Below, one piece after another: positions 11,612 through 23,599 of a DNA stretch of 64,000 bases. The stretch comes from Chrysemys picta bellii (Eukaryota): assembly GCF_011386835.1 (NCBI RefSeq), contig NC_088807.1, positions 20,398,001-20,462,000 of the forward strand. The letters are read 5' to 3'. How positions within the stretch are numbered: the stretch's first letter is position 1; the number at the start of each line of letters is the position of its first letter. A model generated the notes under the pieces. The model was not told the origin of the DNA. It saw only the letters and a list, made by a program, of their open reading frames with translations, and ran no database searches. A program made the position numbers and the translations under genes.

Positions 11612-12734
11612 TATGAAGTTGCATTCCATATGTTTTATGGAAATATGCTAATGAGTGTAAATATAATGTAATTGGAATGTGCTTTATGCAAAAGGGTTTT
11701 TGTAAGGTATCAGTACAAAACTTATAATCTCCTGAGTTTGTTCATCCTATTTGTATGAATGTATCATTCTTGTATCTAAAACTAGGACTATGTAGCATAA
11801 CTTTGAGGTTTTATTGTAATTATGCAAAGTATGGGCCATTACTGGTGGTTTAGAATCTTGATGGCTTCCATTGACGAGAACAATTGGTTGTAAATGACTT
11901 TGTTTACTTGTAAGCCTTCCTGTGTACCTGTGCCAGATAGTGGGTAATGAAGTCTCGCAGGACATGTGAACATGTCACATGATACTGGAATCCATCTTAA
12001 ACCTGGTGCTTTTCCGTTTAGAAGGAGGGATGGGAACCCAGAGAGAGACAAAGGATTCCCACCTTGTGCCAGAGCTATAAAAGGGGGTGGAACAGAACAA
12101 AGGGGGCTGCCAGTTATGAGCAATCCGCAAGTTACCACCTGAGCTGGAACTAACAAGGACTGTACCAGGGGAAAGGATTGGGCCCAGACTAGGAAGGAGT
12201 CTAGTCTGTGAAAGAAGCTTATTGGAACATCTCTGAGGCTGAGATTTACCTGTATTCACCTTTTTTAATGTATTAACTTACTTTGTTCTGTCTGTTATTA
12301 CTTGGAATCACTTAAATCCTACTTTTTATACTTAATAAACTCAGTTTTCTTTATTAATTAACCCAGAGTAAGTGATTAATACCTGGGGGAGCAAACAGCT
12401 GTGCATATCTCTCTATCAGTGTTATAGAGGGTAGACAATTTATGAGTTTACCCTGTATAAGCTTTATACAGAGTAAGATGAATTTATTTGGGGTTTGGAT
12501 CCCACTGGGAGCTGGGTGTCTGGGTGCTGGAGATAGGTGACCTGCTGAGCAGGTTTTGGTTAAAGTCTGCAGCTTTGGGGGCGTGGACCAGACCTGGGTC
12601 TGTGTTTGCACCTGGCTAATGTGTCTGGCTCAACAATCTTGGAATCCCAAGCTGCCAGGAAAAACGGGCTCAGAGGCAAATTCAGCACATCAGGTGACAG
12701 TCCCAAGGGGGTCTCTGTGACCGAACCCGTCACA
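11612..12734 (+). mobile_element. Solo LTR family D, second copy in the opposite orientation
   Basis: TATGAAGTTGCA..CCCGTCACA; TSD AGGAC/GGGAC; TATAAAA at 12076 and AATAAA at 12334; inverted homology to 10415-11574. Confidence 0.8.
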
Positions 12735-13607
12735 GGGACAAGATCACCGGGACAGAGCTCAAGAGAAACTGCCCCCCCCAGCAGATGGCCCAGCTCTGGC
12801 TCCCCAGCTCCCTCACAGCCAGCACCATCTGCCCTTCCCCCCTCAGACACCCCAACAATCCTATCCCCCCCAGCTCTGACCTTTTGGGGGGAGCCTGTCT
12901 GCCCTCAAACTCCTGTCCCCCATCCCAGCCCCCTCAAACCTCCTCCCAACACCCCCAACCTACTTCCCCCAAACTCCCAGTGCCCCCAATCCAGCTCCCC
13001 CCAAACACCCACCATGGGGGGTCCCAGAAGCACCGGCGGCTAAATCACTCTGTGCCCTGCTGTGTTCATGGAGATGCAGTATAGGGCCCAAGGTGAGAAC
13101 ATGCCCCAGGCCCTGCCCCACACTGAACAGGGTTAAACATGGGCCGGGGTGGGGTCCAGAGCCCGCAGCCTGCTCAGCCCCATGGCAACCCCCCCATTGA
13201 CCCCGGGGACCGGCTGTTACAGACACAGCAGAGCAGGAACCAGGGGAGCCGTGGCAGGTGCCGTGTGAAACGAGGGGTTTGTTCCAGCCCCGGCCCCGTT
13301 TGCTGGAGCGAGTCTCTAGCCGGAAAATCCCCCGGGTTTGGGCGTCTCCCCGCTGGCCCCAGAGATGCTAGTGACTGTCCTGGGGGGCAGAGAAGCCAGC
13401 GGAGCTGGGCTGGAGCCGGCGTCGCCGCGGTTGCTGTTAAAGCCCGACCCCATTTCCTCCCAGGTTGTGGGTTCAGCCAGGGGAGGGGCGATGGCGTCGG
13501 GATCCCTCTCTCCGGCTGCTCTGCACAGGATGTCTCCGCAGAGCAGGGTCCGGAAAGCCTGGTGGGCCCAGGAGACAGGGGGTGACAGCCACGAGGGTGA
13601 AGCGAGT

Positions 13608-14895
13608 TGTCAGGGTTCCCTCCCCACTCTGAACTCTAGGGTACAGATGTGGAGACTGCATGAAAGACCCCCTAAGCTTCTATTCCACCAGCTTAGGTTA
13701 AAAACTTCTCCAAGGCACAAATTCCTTTCCTTGTCCTTGGACAGTATTGCAGCCAACACCAAGTGATTTTAAACAAACATTCAGGGAGGGGCCACTTGGA
13801 TCCCTACCTCCCCCCAAATATCCCCCCAAGTCCCTTCACCCCCTTTCCTGGGGAGGCTTGAGAATAATATACCATCCAATAGGTTAACAAAGTGAGCACA
13901 GACCAAATCCCTGGTTTTCAGGACACTGAAAAATCAATCAGGATTCCCCTCTAGGCTCAACTACAAAGTTACAAAAACAGGAATAAACCTCCCTCTTAGC
14001 ACAGGGAAAATTCACAAGCTAAAACAAAAGATAATCTAATGCATTTCCTTGCTATTACTTACAATTTCTGGATTGTAAATTTGTAGATGTATCAATTCAA
14101 GATCTTTTTAGAGCTGGGTTACCTGTTTGGTCTCTCTCTTTGTCCCGAGAGGGAAACAACAAAGAGAGCACAAACAAAACCTCCCCCTGCCCCCAGATTT
14201 GAAAGTATCTTCTTTTCCCATTGGTCCTTCTGGTCAGCTGCCAACTAGGTTACTTGAACTGATTAGCCCTTATAGGTAAGGGAATTCTGTACCTCTGGCC
14301 AGTAGGAATTTTATGTTACTGCTGTGACGAAGTGAGAGAGTTTCTTGGATTTCCTCGTTTCTTATGGGGGATTTTCTTGGTTTTCCTTGGGCTTGGGGCC
14401 GGTCATATCAGATGCCCAGCTGGGAAGCAGGGGGGCTTGGGGCTGGAGAGGGGGAGCAGGCAGGGCCCACCTGGATGCAGGGGAGACTTGGATGTGCTGG
14501 GCTGAGGGAGGCCAGGCCTGAGGCCCTAAGAGTTTCCTGTGTCGTGTTCAAATGATCAATAAACCCTCCTGTATTACGCTGACTGAGAGTCACTCCGGTC
14601 TAGAGAATAGGGTTGCATCAAGCCCTTCGGGGGGTGGAGGCCCAGGGGGTCCAGAGCGAGTGGACTCCCTGAGGGGGCCCACGGCAAGAGACAGGCATGC
14701 TAAGGCTCAGAGAGGTGCGGTTCCAGGAGGTGGAGGGGCTTAACCCCTGTGAGAGAGTGGACCCCCGGGAGAAGGGCTGTCGCACTGAAAGGGGCACCCC
14801 CCACGGACCGCACGGGGCCAAGAGTGGGCACGATCTGTGAGTCCGTGACAACTGCATACATAAGGGTTGTTACCCTTCCCTTTATATTTATGACA
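13608..14895. mobile_element. Solo LTR family C (~755 bp) carrying a nested family A LTR
   Basis: TGTCAGGG..TTTATGACA; TSD CGAGT/CAAGT; AT-rich compared with the flanks. Confidence 0.75.
14323..14850 (+). mobile_element. Solo LTR family A (deleted form) nested in LTR C
   Basis: TGTGACGAAG..GTCCGTGACA; perfect TSD ACTGC/ACTGC. Confidence 0.9.
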
Positions 14896-15603
14896 CAAGT
14901 GTCTTTCTTTAAGGCCCCCAAAGGGTGGTGGGTGGCACAGGCCGTCCCCGCAATATTCTGTCCACCAATGAGGCCTCGTTTCCGACACCCTAATTTTGGG
15001 TCATGGATTTCTGCTCCCCCACTTCTCCCGTGTCCCATGCGGGCCCCAGCCGGCCCGTGGGGTCTGTCCGGGGGCCGCTCGGGTTGGACTAATCCTGTCT
15101 TTCTATCTCGCCAACTTTCCCCCAACATTCATTTGTCCAGGTTCTCGTGACGCTGCCTGAACTTCTCACTCACTTTCGTCAGCTGAACCCCCCCACGAGG
15201 GGACATTTGGAGGCTCTGGTATCACAGCCCCCACGGGTCGGGGAGATTTGGGGGGCAGGGGAGCTGGAAGCTCTGGGGGTTTGTGCAATAGAAATACAGG
15301 ATGGGGGGAGGTCTAGGGAGAAAGGGGGGAGAGAAAAGGGGCTGGGGGACCCGCTGCAGAGAGAGGAGGAGGACGGACACCTGGGGACAGTAAGTGCCGT
15401 TATTCCAGTGCCAAGGCCAGACGCAGCGCCCCACACAGGGGGCCGGGGGCTCTGTCTTGGGGGGCTATGATTCTGTGGGATGGGAGGGGCCCGACTCTGG
15501 GCTGGGCAATGAGCCCTGGTGGTCCTGGGGGATTTAATGATCCAACCGGCGGTTGGGAAAGCGCTAGGGCCAAATGCACCCTGCCCAGTGAGATCCTGGA
15601 CCC

Positions 15604-15830
15604 CATGATTGGGCAGTGGGGCGGGGGGGCCCTCAGCGCTGCCACAAATGCCTTGGTGCCCAGCTCCACCCAGCCCGGAATGAGGCACTGAGCCAGGGGT
15701 TGCAGCTATAGGAAGCCAGCGATGTCTCATCTCTTCCTGTGTCTCTTACACATTGTCTCTAATCTGCAGGCCAAATCTACCTCAACCAAATCAAGCAGTG
15801 GTCCCTGCAACACTCAGGAAACCTTGGGAC
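15604..15830 (-). pseudogene. Orphan paralogous copy of the gene A promoter/5'UTR/ATG
   Basis: 15601-15830 aligns with 4631-4850 (CCATGA..GGGCAGTGGGG..GCGCTGCCAC..GGTGCCCAGCTCCACC..CGGAATGAGG..CCAAATCTAC). No downstream Ig exon found. Confidence 0.6.
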
Positions 15831-17136
15831 GGTCAGCCTGGCCAGGCGTCATGCCACTCGCAGCTTGTGGGGAGGAGGGGACAGCTCACCTTCAATGTAC
15901 CCTGCAGCCTTGGGGACGATGCAGTGGGCTGAAAGCCAGAAGACCACAGGGTCTGGTCTTCAGTCTTTGACTGACCACTATTTCCATGCAGATTCCCTCT
16001 CTCCTTTCTTATATTCTGGGTTCAAACCCAGCTGGTGACCCACGGAGGTAAACTTAGTACATGATCATGCAATTAAAGGAAGTGTGGCACATGGCCAAGT
16101 GGGCAGAGTTAAGGTTGTTCAGGAAACCTTAACTGTGGCAACTGCTGAGTCTGGAAGGTTTGATGTTGCACCTTTCTCTCTCAGCCTGCAAACCTGCCCA
16201 TATGCAACACGAGCTGTGGCACCGTGTGAGGAGCGGGCGTGATGGGGAACGTCTGGGTTTGCTGCCCCTTGTGCCATAGCTGAGCGATGATGGCGGCTTT
16301 ACACTGTAACGTCTGGTTCTAAGGGGCTTTTCTCAGCGTGTGAATTAAATCAACCAGGTTCAAAAGAAAATCAGAGAAAGAGAAATTCCATCCTGGCCTC
16401 CCAATGGGTCACCAGCTGAGAGAGATCATCGATATTAGCCATCAAAACAATAGAAAAAAACCCACTGATTTCCGCCTCACCTGTGTGCCCTGAATGTTGC
16501 GGAACTGCTCCGGCATCCCCCACTGGCCACTCACTCTAGATCCCGCAGTATTTTAAGATATCCCAGTAGCTTAAACCGCCCCTTTCCCAGTATCTCACCG
16601 AAGACAGCTGTCTGAGAGACAGCTTAGCGCTCTCTGGAGGTAGGGGTATGACGCATGCAGAGACTTCGCCCAGCGCCGGGGCTCTACATGGAATCACGGG
16701 ACAAATGCACTGGTCCATACAGAACCAAGCAACCCTGCCTGCATTTCCCTGCTCCAGCTCACCCATCCTTGAGGGACCATCTGCGCCCAGGGGGTAGACA
16801 GCTAGGGCCCCTCCACCACTGGTTTATCTCAGTGTCCGGGGCGATTCCATTGCAATGGGTGGACACTTTAGGTCGACTACCCTCTTTTGTTAGCCCTTTG
16901 ACACCCGCCTCGGGCATTAAAGCCCTGCCTGGATGCCTGGTGTGATGGAGGCACCGATCTTAGTTGGGGGGGACTGTGCAGTGCCTGCCATGATGGGGAC
17001 ACTTACATTGTCCCGGTGGTGGCCCTTGCACTAACACTGGGAGTGTGGTACTAACAGGGTGTGAGGGAGGAAGAGCCCGGGAAGACACAAGCTGCCAATC
17101 ACCAGACACACACCCCCTTGGGGGTATCACACTTAC

Positions 17137-17142
17137 TTTATT
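17137..17142 (-). terminator. Probable polyadenylation signal of receptor gene B
   Basis: AATAAA on the minus strand, about 1 kb past the gene B stop. Confidence 0.5.
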
Positions 17143-18152
17143 GAGGCCCGGTCCCTGATCCGTATAACCAGGGCAGTGCCGTATAAATACAGGAGGTGCC
17201 GGGCAGCGGTGAAGCCCAGCGCTCGCGGTTCCAGAGGGGGGCGACGTGTGGTACCATCCCTCAGCCCTCTCCCGCCAGCAGCTCCCCTGCCCACCTGGGG
17301 GGCAGGGCTTGACCAACCACCCCGGGGACCGGGTGGGCTCCCCCAGGGCTCCCCCCACTCCGACTCATCTGCTCTCCCTTTGCCAGGGCGATGGGGGACC
17401 CACCCTGAAATCCGGGGCGGCCATAGGCTGGGATGGGGGCAGAGCAGAGAGGTGGTGGGACGGGCTGAGATAGCCCAGGGTGGAGAGGATGTTGGGGGGC
17501 AAGATCACAGTATTTGGGGGGGGGCTAATGGGGGAGGGGGAACAGAGAGGACTGGGTTGGACAGGACGGAAGGGTGGTTGGTAGGCTGGGGCTGGGGGGC
17601 TCGAAGGGAGAGGGTGGGATAGACCGGGGGGGATGGAGTGGGGGGTGAATTCCAGCAGAGGGGGCTCCATGGAGTGTGTGGGGGGGCCTATTCCTTCCCC
17701 CAGTCGCCTGCGGGCCCATGACGGCCTGTGAGGGGAGAGAGAACCCCATTAGCCACACCCCTGAGACACCCCCCCTTCCAGGACAGAGGGGCCTCCCCAG
17801 CCCCCGCAGGACAGATGGGGTCTCAGCTCCGTTCCTCCCGCCCTGGAACCCACCCAAACCCCAGCCCTCCCCCTGAGCTTGGGGAGATGCAGGAGAGCAC
17901 CAACCGTGAAACAGACTGGGGGGAGGGGGCAACTTCACCCCAAATACCCCCTGGGAGCTGGGCTGTAGCGGGAAATCGAGGTGGTGGTGCTGGGGAGGTG
18001 GGTGCAGGCACCTGTCAGGACTCCTGGGTCTCTCCCCGGCTCTGGGTGGGGAGTGGGGGCTAGTGGTTAGAGTGGGGGGAGGGGGGCTGGGAGCCAGGAG
18101 TCTCCAGCATGGCCTTGTCCCCACCTCCCATGCCAGGACCAACTCACTGGCC

Positions 18153-21100
18153 TCAGCCTTGCAGGTGTCTCTCCTCCCAGCAGGCCTGGGCTACAAAGAG
18201 CAGCGCCAGCAGCAGCACGGCGGCCCCCAGGCCCAGGCGCAGCGCATTGATCTGGCTGTAATCACTGTCCCCAGAACGTGAGCCTGGGGGGCGGGAAGGG
18301 GACAATGGAGAAAACACACGGTTAGAGATCGGCCGTCACCGCTAACGGCCTATGGGGAGATGGGGGAGAAAATCCACCCACACTGCTCCCGCCCCCGCCG
18401 AGAGGGGAGAGAACCCAGGAGTCCTGATCCCCACCCCGGGCTCTAACCGCTAGACCCCACGCTCCTCCCAGAGCTCGGAATACTCATCCCTCCATCCATC
18501 CCCCCCATAATCCTCCATCCATCCCTTCGCCTACACACCCCTCCGTCCATCCTCACCATCCTCACCTCTCCATCCATCCCCCCAGCCCTCCGTCCATCCA
18601 TCCCTCCACCTACCCACCCCTCCATCCATCCTCCCCCAACCCTCCCTCCATCCATCCCTCCGCGTACACACCCCTCCATCCCCATACACAGCCCTCCATC
18701 CCCATACACAGCCCTCCGTCCATCTCCCCCAGCCCTCCCTCTGTCCATCCCTCCCCATACACGGCCCTCCGTCCATCCATCCCTCCGTGTACACACCCCT
18801 CTATCCCTTCATCCATCCCCATACACTCCCCTCCATCCATCTCTTCGCCTACACACCCCTCCGTCCATCCTCACCATCCTCACCTCTCCATCCATCCCCC
18901 CAGCCCTCCGTCCATCCATCCCTCCACCTACCCACCCCTCCATCCATCCATCCATCCCTCTGCGTACACACCCCTCCGTCCATCCTCCCCCAACCCTCCC
19001 TCCATCCATCCCTCCGCGTACACACTCCTCCATCCCCATACACACCCCTCCATCCCCATACACAGCCCTCCGTCCATCTCCCCCAGCCCTCCCTCCGTCC
19101 ATCCCTCCCCATACACGGCCCTCCGTCCATCCATCCCTCCGTGTACACACCCCTCTATCCCTTCATCCATCCCCATACACTCCCCTTCATCCATCCCTTC
19201 GCCTACACACCCCTCCGTCCATCCTCACCTCTCCATCCATCCCCCCAGCCCTCCATCCATCCATCCCCCCATCCATCCCTCTGCGTACACACCCCTCCGT
19301 CCATCCTCCCCCAACCCTCCCTCCATCCATCCCTCTGCGTACACCCCCTCCATCCATCTCCCGCCCCATCCCTCCATCTATCCGTTCCGCCGCATACACA
19401 TCCTTCCAGCCATCCCCCCAACCCTCCATCCATCCCTCCGCGTACACACCCCTCCATCCCCATACACACCCCTCTGTCCATCCCCACATCCCTTCCATCC
19501 ATTCATTCCTCCACGCACACACCCCTCCGTCCATCCATCCCTCCGTGTACACACCCCTTGTGACGAAGTGGAGGGTTTTCTTGTTTTCTGTGGAGTTTCA
19601 ATGGTTTGCATGCAGAGGGGGTGGGACTCAGTTACCCTGGGTATTACTGGTTTAACGAGGTGAGGGGAGAGGGAGTGTGTTTTGCAGAGGACTGGAGAGA
19701 GGATGTGGGGACCCAGCCGATGGCCGGGAGGATGGATACCCCAGCGACCGGTGACCTGGCGACGTGGTGACCCAGAGGCCCAGCTGAGGAGATGCAGCCG
19801 GTTCTGGCCAGTGGGAGGACAATGGGCTGCAGAGTGAGGACCCCGTGACCTAACTAGCCGGTTCCAGACAAAGGACAGAAGCAGGAGAGGAGGCCCCGGT
19901 TTACGACCCTGTTTACCTGGAGAGAAGACAATGGACAGAGGCGGGGCTTGGGGCCGGGGATCTCAGATGCCCAGATGGGAGCAGGGGGGCTCTGGGCTGG
20001 AGAGGGGAAGCAAGCGTCCCCTCCCCTGGATGCAGGGGAGACTGGGATGTGCTGTGCTGAGGGAGGCCAGGCCTGAGGGTCAGAGAGTTTCCTGTGCTGT
20101 GTTCAACTCTCAATAAACCCTCCTGTTTCTTGCTGGCTGAGAGTCACTCCCGTCTAGAGAACAGGGTTGCATCAACCCCTTCGGGGGTGGAGGCCCCGGG
20201 GGTCCAGAGCGAGTGGACTTCCTGAGGGGGCCCACGGCAGAGACAGACGTGCTAAGGCTCAGAGAGGTGCGGATCCAGGAGGTGGAGGGGCCTGACCCCG
20301 AGAGAGAGTGGACCCCCGAGAAGGGCTGTCTCACTAAAAGGGACACCCACACGGACCGCACAGGGCCAAGAGTGGGCACGATCTGTGAGTCCGTGACACC
20401 CCTCCATCCCCATACACACCCCTCCATCCCCATACACATCCCTCCATCCACCTCCCCCAGCCCTCCCTCCGTCCATCCCTCCCCATACACACCCCTCCGT
20501 CCATCCCCTGCAACCTTCCATCCCTCCCTCCATGTGCACACCCCTCCATATACACACCCTTCTATCTCTCTATCCCCATACACACCCCTCCGTCCATCCA
20601 TCCCTCCCTCCATCCATCCCTCCGCATACACACCCCTCCGTCTATCCCCCCCATCCTCCATCCCCATACACATCCCTCTATCCCTCCATCCATCTGCGTA
20701 CATACCCCTCCATCCATCCACCCACCCATACTCACCCCTCCGTCCATCCATCCATCCATCCATCCCTCCGCGTACACACTCCTCCATCCATCCCCGCATC
20801 CATCCCCCCCACAACCCTCCACGTACACACTCCACTGTCCATCCCCACCATACTCACCCCTCCGTCCATCCATCCCTCCGCATACACACCCCTCCATCCC
20901 TCCATCCCTCCGCGTACAAACCCCTCTGTGCATCCATCCCCCCGTCCACCCATCCATGCCTCTGCCCATTAATCCCTCTGCATACCCACCCCTCCATCTA
21001 TCCCCCCCACACCCCTCCATCCATCCACCCATCCCCACACACCTTTTCCATCTGTCCATCTGTGCCCAGCCGCCATGATCCCTGGCCAGTTCCCAGGCAG

Positions 21101-21491
21101 ATCTGTAGCCAGTCCACACCCAGCGCCTGCTTCCCCCACAGCTTAGCCCAGTGCACACATGGCCAGACTGATTAACCCTCGAACTGCTGGATGCCGGCCG
21201 CTCACTCACCTTGGGTCTGCACCTCCGTGTCATTGAGAGCCAGGTCGAAACGGGTGCCCGGTTCCTCCAGCCCGTAGCGGCAGCTGAAGACCCCACCGGG
21301 GCCCAGGGCCTGCTCCTCTGGGAGATTGAAGCCAGCCGGCCCATCGTCCCCCTTGGCTGCGATCCAGGCCAGGGGCTCAGGATCGCCGTCTCGGTACAGG
21401 AAGAACCAGCCACCCGGGGCGTCGGGGATGGAACAATTTACCCGGAGCTTCCCACCCACGTCCACGAACCGCTCCTGGGCACTGGGAACAT
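18153..21491 (-). CDS. Activating-type Ig-superfamily receptor gene B at the OSCAR-syntenic position, 5'-incomplete. Ig exon 21491-21210; TM/short-tail exon 18283-18153; possible signal mini-exon 23021-22977
   Basis: The 282-bp phase 1-1 Ig exon (..LRVNC..GWFFLYR..VFSCRY..) is in frame with [43 protein letters not shown]. The DY...N..RL TM signature with Arg is that of FcR-gamma-coupled LRC receptors. It lies head-to-head with NDUFA3. Confidence 0.8.
18486..21060. repeat. (CCAT/CCCCATACACACCC)-type satellite with a ~320-354-bp higher-order unit
   Basis: C-rich plus strand. The marker TTCGCCTACACACCCC recurs at 18526, 18844 and 19198. Interrupted by an LTR. Confidence 0.9.
19559..20398 (+). 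mobile_element. Full-length solo LTR family A (840 bp) inside the satellite and gene B intron
   Basis: TGTGACGAAG..GTCCGTGACA; TSD CCCCT/CCCCT. Confidence 0.9.
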
Positions 21492-21594
21492 CTGGAAAAG
21501 CCAAGAGCCCCCGTGAGATGCTGCTCCAGCCCCGCATAGCCCCGGCTGTACCCGTGCCAGGGCAGGATCATTGGCCTGCAGGGGGCGCTTCCAC

Positions 21595-22564
21595 TAGGGT
21601 TACCATACGTCCAGATTTCCCGGACACGTCCGGCTTCTTGGTCCTCAAATCCCCGTCCGGGAGGAAATTCAAAAAAGCTGGACATGTCCGGGAAAATAGG
21701 GAGGGGTCGTGGGGCCGGGCTGGAGCCGCTGGGGCCGACCGTGCTCGGCCGCCGGCCGGTGCCGCTCAGCCAGGGCCGGGGCCGGGCCGGAGCTGCTCAA
21801 CCGGAACCGGGGCCCGAGCCGCTGGGACTGGGGCTAGGGGTGCTCGGCCACTGGCCGGCGCCGCTCGCCCAGGGCCAGGGCCGGGCCGGAGCCGCTTGAC
21901 CGGAACCGGGGCCCGAGCCGCTGGGACTGGGGCTGGGGGTGCTTGGCTGCTGGCCGGCGCCGCTCGCCCAGGGCCGGAGCCGGGGCCAGGCCAGAGCCAC
22001 TCATCCGGAACCGGGGCCCGAGCCGAGCTGGGCCGGAGCCGCTGGGACCAGGGCTGGCACCGCTCGGCCGCCGGCTGGTGCCGCTCGGCCAGGGCCGGTG
22101 TCCCGGGGCCCGAGCCGAGCTGGAGTCGGTAGGGCCAGAGCCGCCGGCGCTGGGGCAGGCCGGAGCCACCAGCGCTGGGGCAGGCCGACACGCTCAGCTG
22201 GAACTGGGGCCGGCACCCCAGGGCCTGAGCCAAGCCGGAGACGCCGGGGCCAGAGCCTCTTGGCCGGGGCCGGCCGCCGGAGGGAGCCGCTCGGCCGGGG
22301 TGGCCAGACTGGGCCGCGCCTCCTCGCGCCCCCCCCCACCCACTGCCACCGCCCCAGCCCCAGCTTACCTGCTGCCTGCCTGCCTCAGGCTTCCCATGAA
22401 CATTTGATTCGCGGGAAGCAGGGGAGGGGGAGGAGCAGGGGGCGGAGCTTTCAGGGGAGGGGGTGGAGTTGGGGCGGGGCTGGGCGGGAAAGGGGCAGAG
22501 ATGGGGCAGGTCCGGGGCCCCGTGGAGTGTCCTCCTTTTAGAATATTAAAATATGGTAACCCTA
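21595..22564. mobile_element. Non-autonomous hAT DNA transposon (970 bp) with a CpG-rich tandem interior
   Basis: TIRs TAGGGTTACCATA / TATGGTAACCCTA; perfect 8-bp TSD GCTTCCAC. Confidence 0.9.
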
Positions 22565-23196
22565 GCTTCCACCCACGGACCCCATGGCACCACCCCATAA
22601 TGCACTGGGGTACATTACCCACCAGCCCTCGCTCCTGGGCCCCCTGCAGAGCTCCCACAATGCACCAGGGGTGCATTAGCCACCAGTCCTACACACCCCT
22701 CTATCCATCCCTCCCCTATCCCTCCATCCTTCCCCATACACACCCCTCCATCCATCCCTCCCTCCCCAGACACACCCATCTATCCCTCCCCCATTCCTCC
22801 CTCCCTTCCTCCCTCAATCCCCCCATCCCTCCCTTACACACCCCTCCATCCCCCCTTCCATCCATCCATATAGACAACCACCCACCCCTCCATCCCTCCA
22901 TGAACCCTCCAGCCACCCATCTCTCCACCCTTCCATCCCCACACATGGCTCCGTCCATCCAGCCGCCCCCATACACCGCCAGGAGCCGCTGCCACAGACA
23001 TCCAGCTCCCCGCATACCTCCCTGTGACACGGAACCAGAAAGGGCTAAGCACCTAGCAGGCTACGTGACCCAAATTCAGCCTTTGGGGACATATTAGAGC
23101 GTATGTCAATGGGGATTGGGGCCATTCCACGTCAGATACACTAGAGCTTCGTTAGCGCACTAGAAGACAGTGAGTGTATTTGTCTATGTTTTCCCG

Positions 23197-23580
23197 GAGC
23201 AGCGGTTCTCAACCGCTCGCAGCCCAGTCAGCATACAGCTGCAGCCCATGTGACATCCTCAGGGCCATACAGGTAGGACTGGATGCGGCCCACATCACCA
23301 TAGGCGCCGACTCCCTTGGGTGCTCTGGGGCTGGAACCCACCAGCCACCCCCCTATCTGCTCCCCACCACCAGCACCCCAGCGCCTCCGGCCTGCTGGCG
23401 TGCCCTGCGGAGCAGCGCCTCCCCATCCCTCCCCGCGCCTCCTGCGATCAGCTGTTTCACGGCGTGCAGGAGGCTCTGGGGGGAGGGGAGGAGGAGCGAG
23501 GACGCAGCGCGCTCGGGGGAGGGGGTAGAACTGGGCGGGAAGAGGTGGGGTGGAGAGGGGGCAGGAAGAGGCAGGGGTGA
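23197..23580. mobile_element. Fragments of non-autonomous DNA transposons
   Basis: CAGCGGTTCTCAACC (hAT/Charlie-like terminus) followed by CATAGGCGCCGACTCC (another terminus-like motif). Partner ends not found. Confidence 0.4.
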
Positions 23581-23599
23581 GGTCTCCAGCTCCAGTCTG

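Noticed and set aside
13050-13110. Possible plus-strand mini-exon ending CCAAG|GTGAGA
   Set aside because: No convincing acceptor, partner exons or meaningful peptide.
16101-16140. 10-bp hairpin AGTTAAGGTT..AACCTTAACT
   Set aside because: Most likely a short palindromic MITE remnant; too short to support an RNA gene.
16380-16930. Unique, less GC-rich segment tested as a retroelement coding remnant
   Set aside because: The frames I translated are stop-ridden with no recognisable motif; possibly an old repeat, but unsupported without a database search.
18443-21413. Many Gly/Trp/Met-rich or Pro/His-rich ORFs
   Set aside because: Products of the satellite and LTR in the gene B intron.
21684-22541. 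Ala/Gly/Pro/Arg-rich ORFs on both strands
   Set aside because: GC-rich interior of the hAT element; no transposase motifs.
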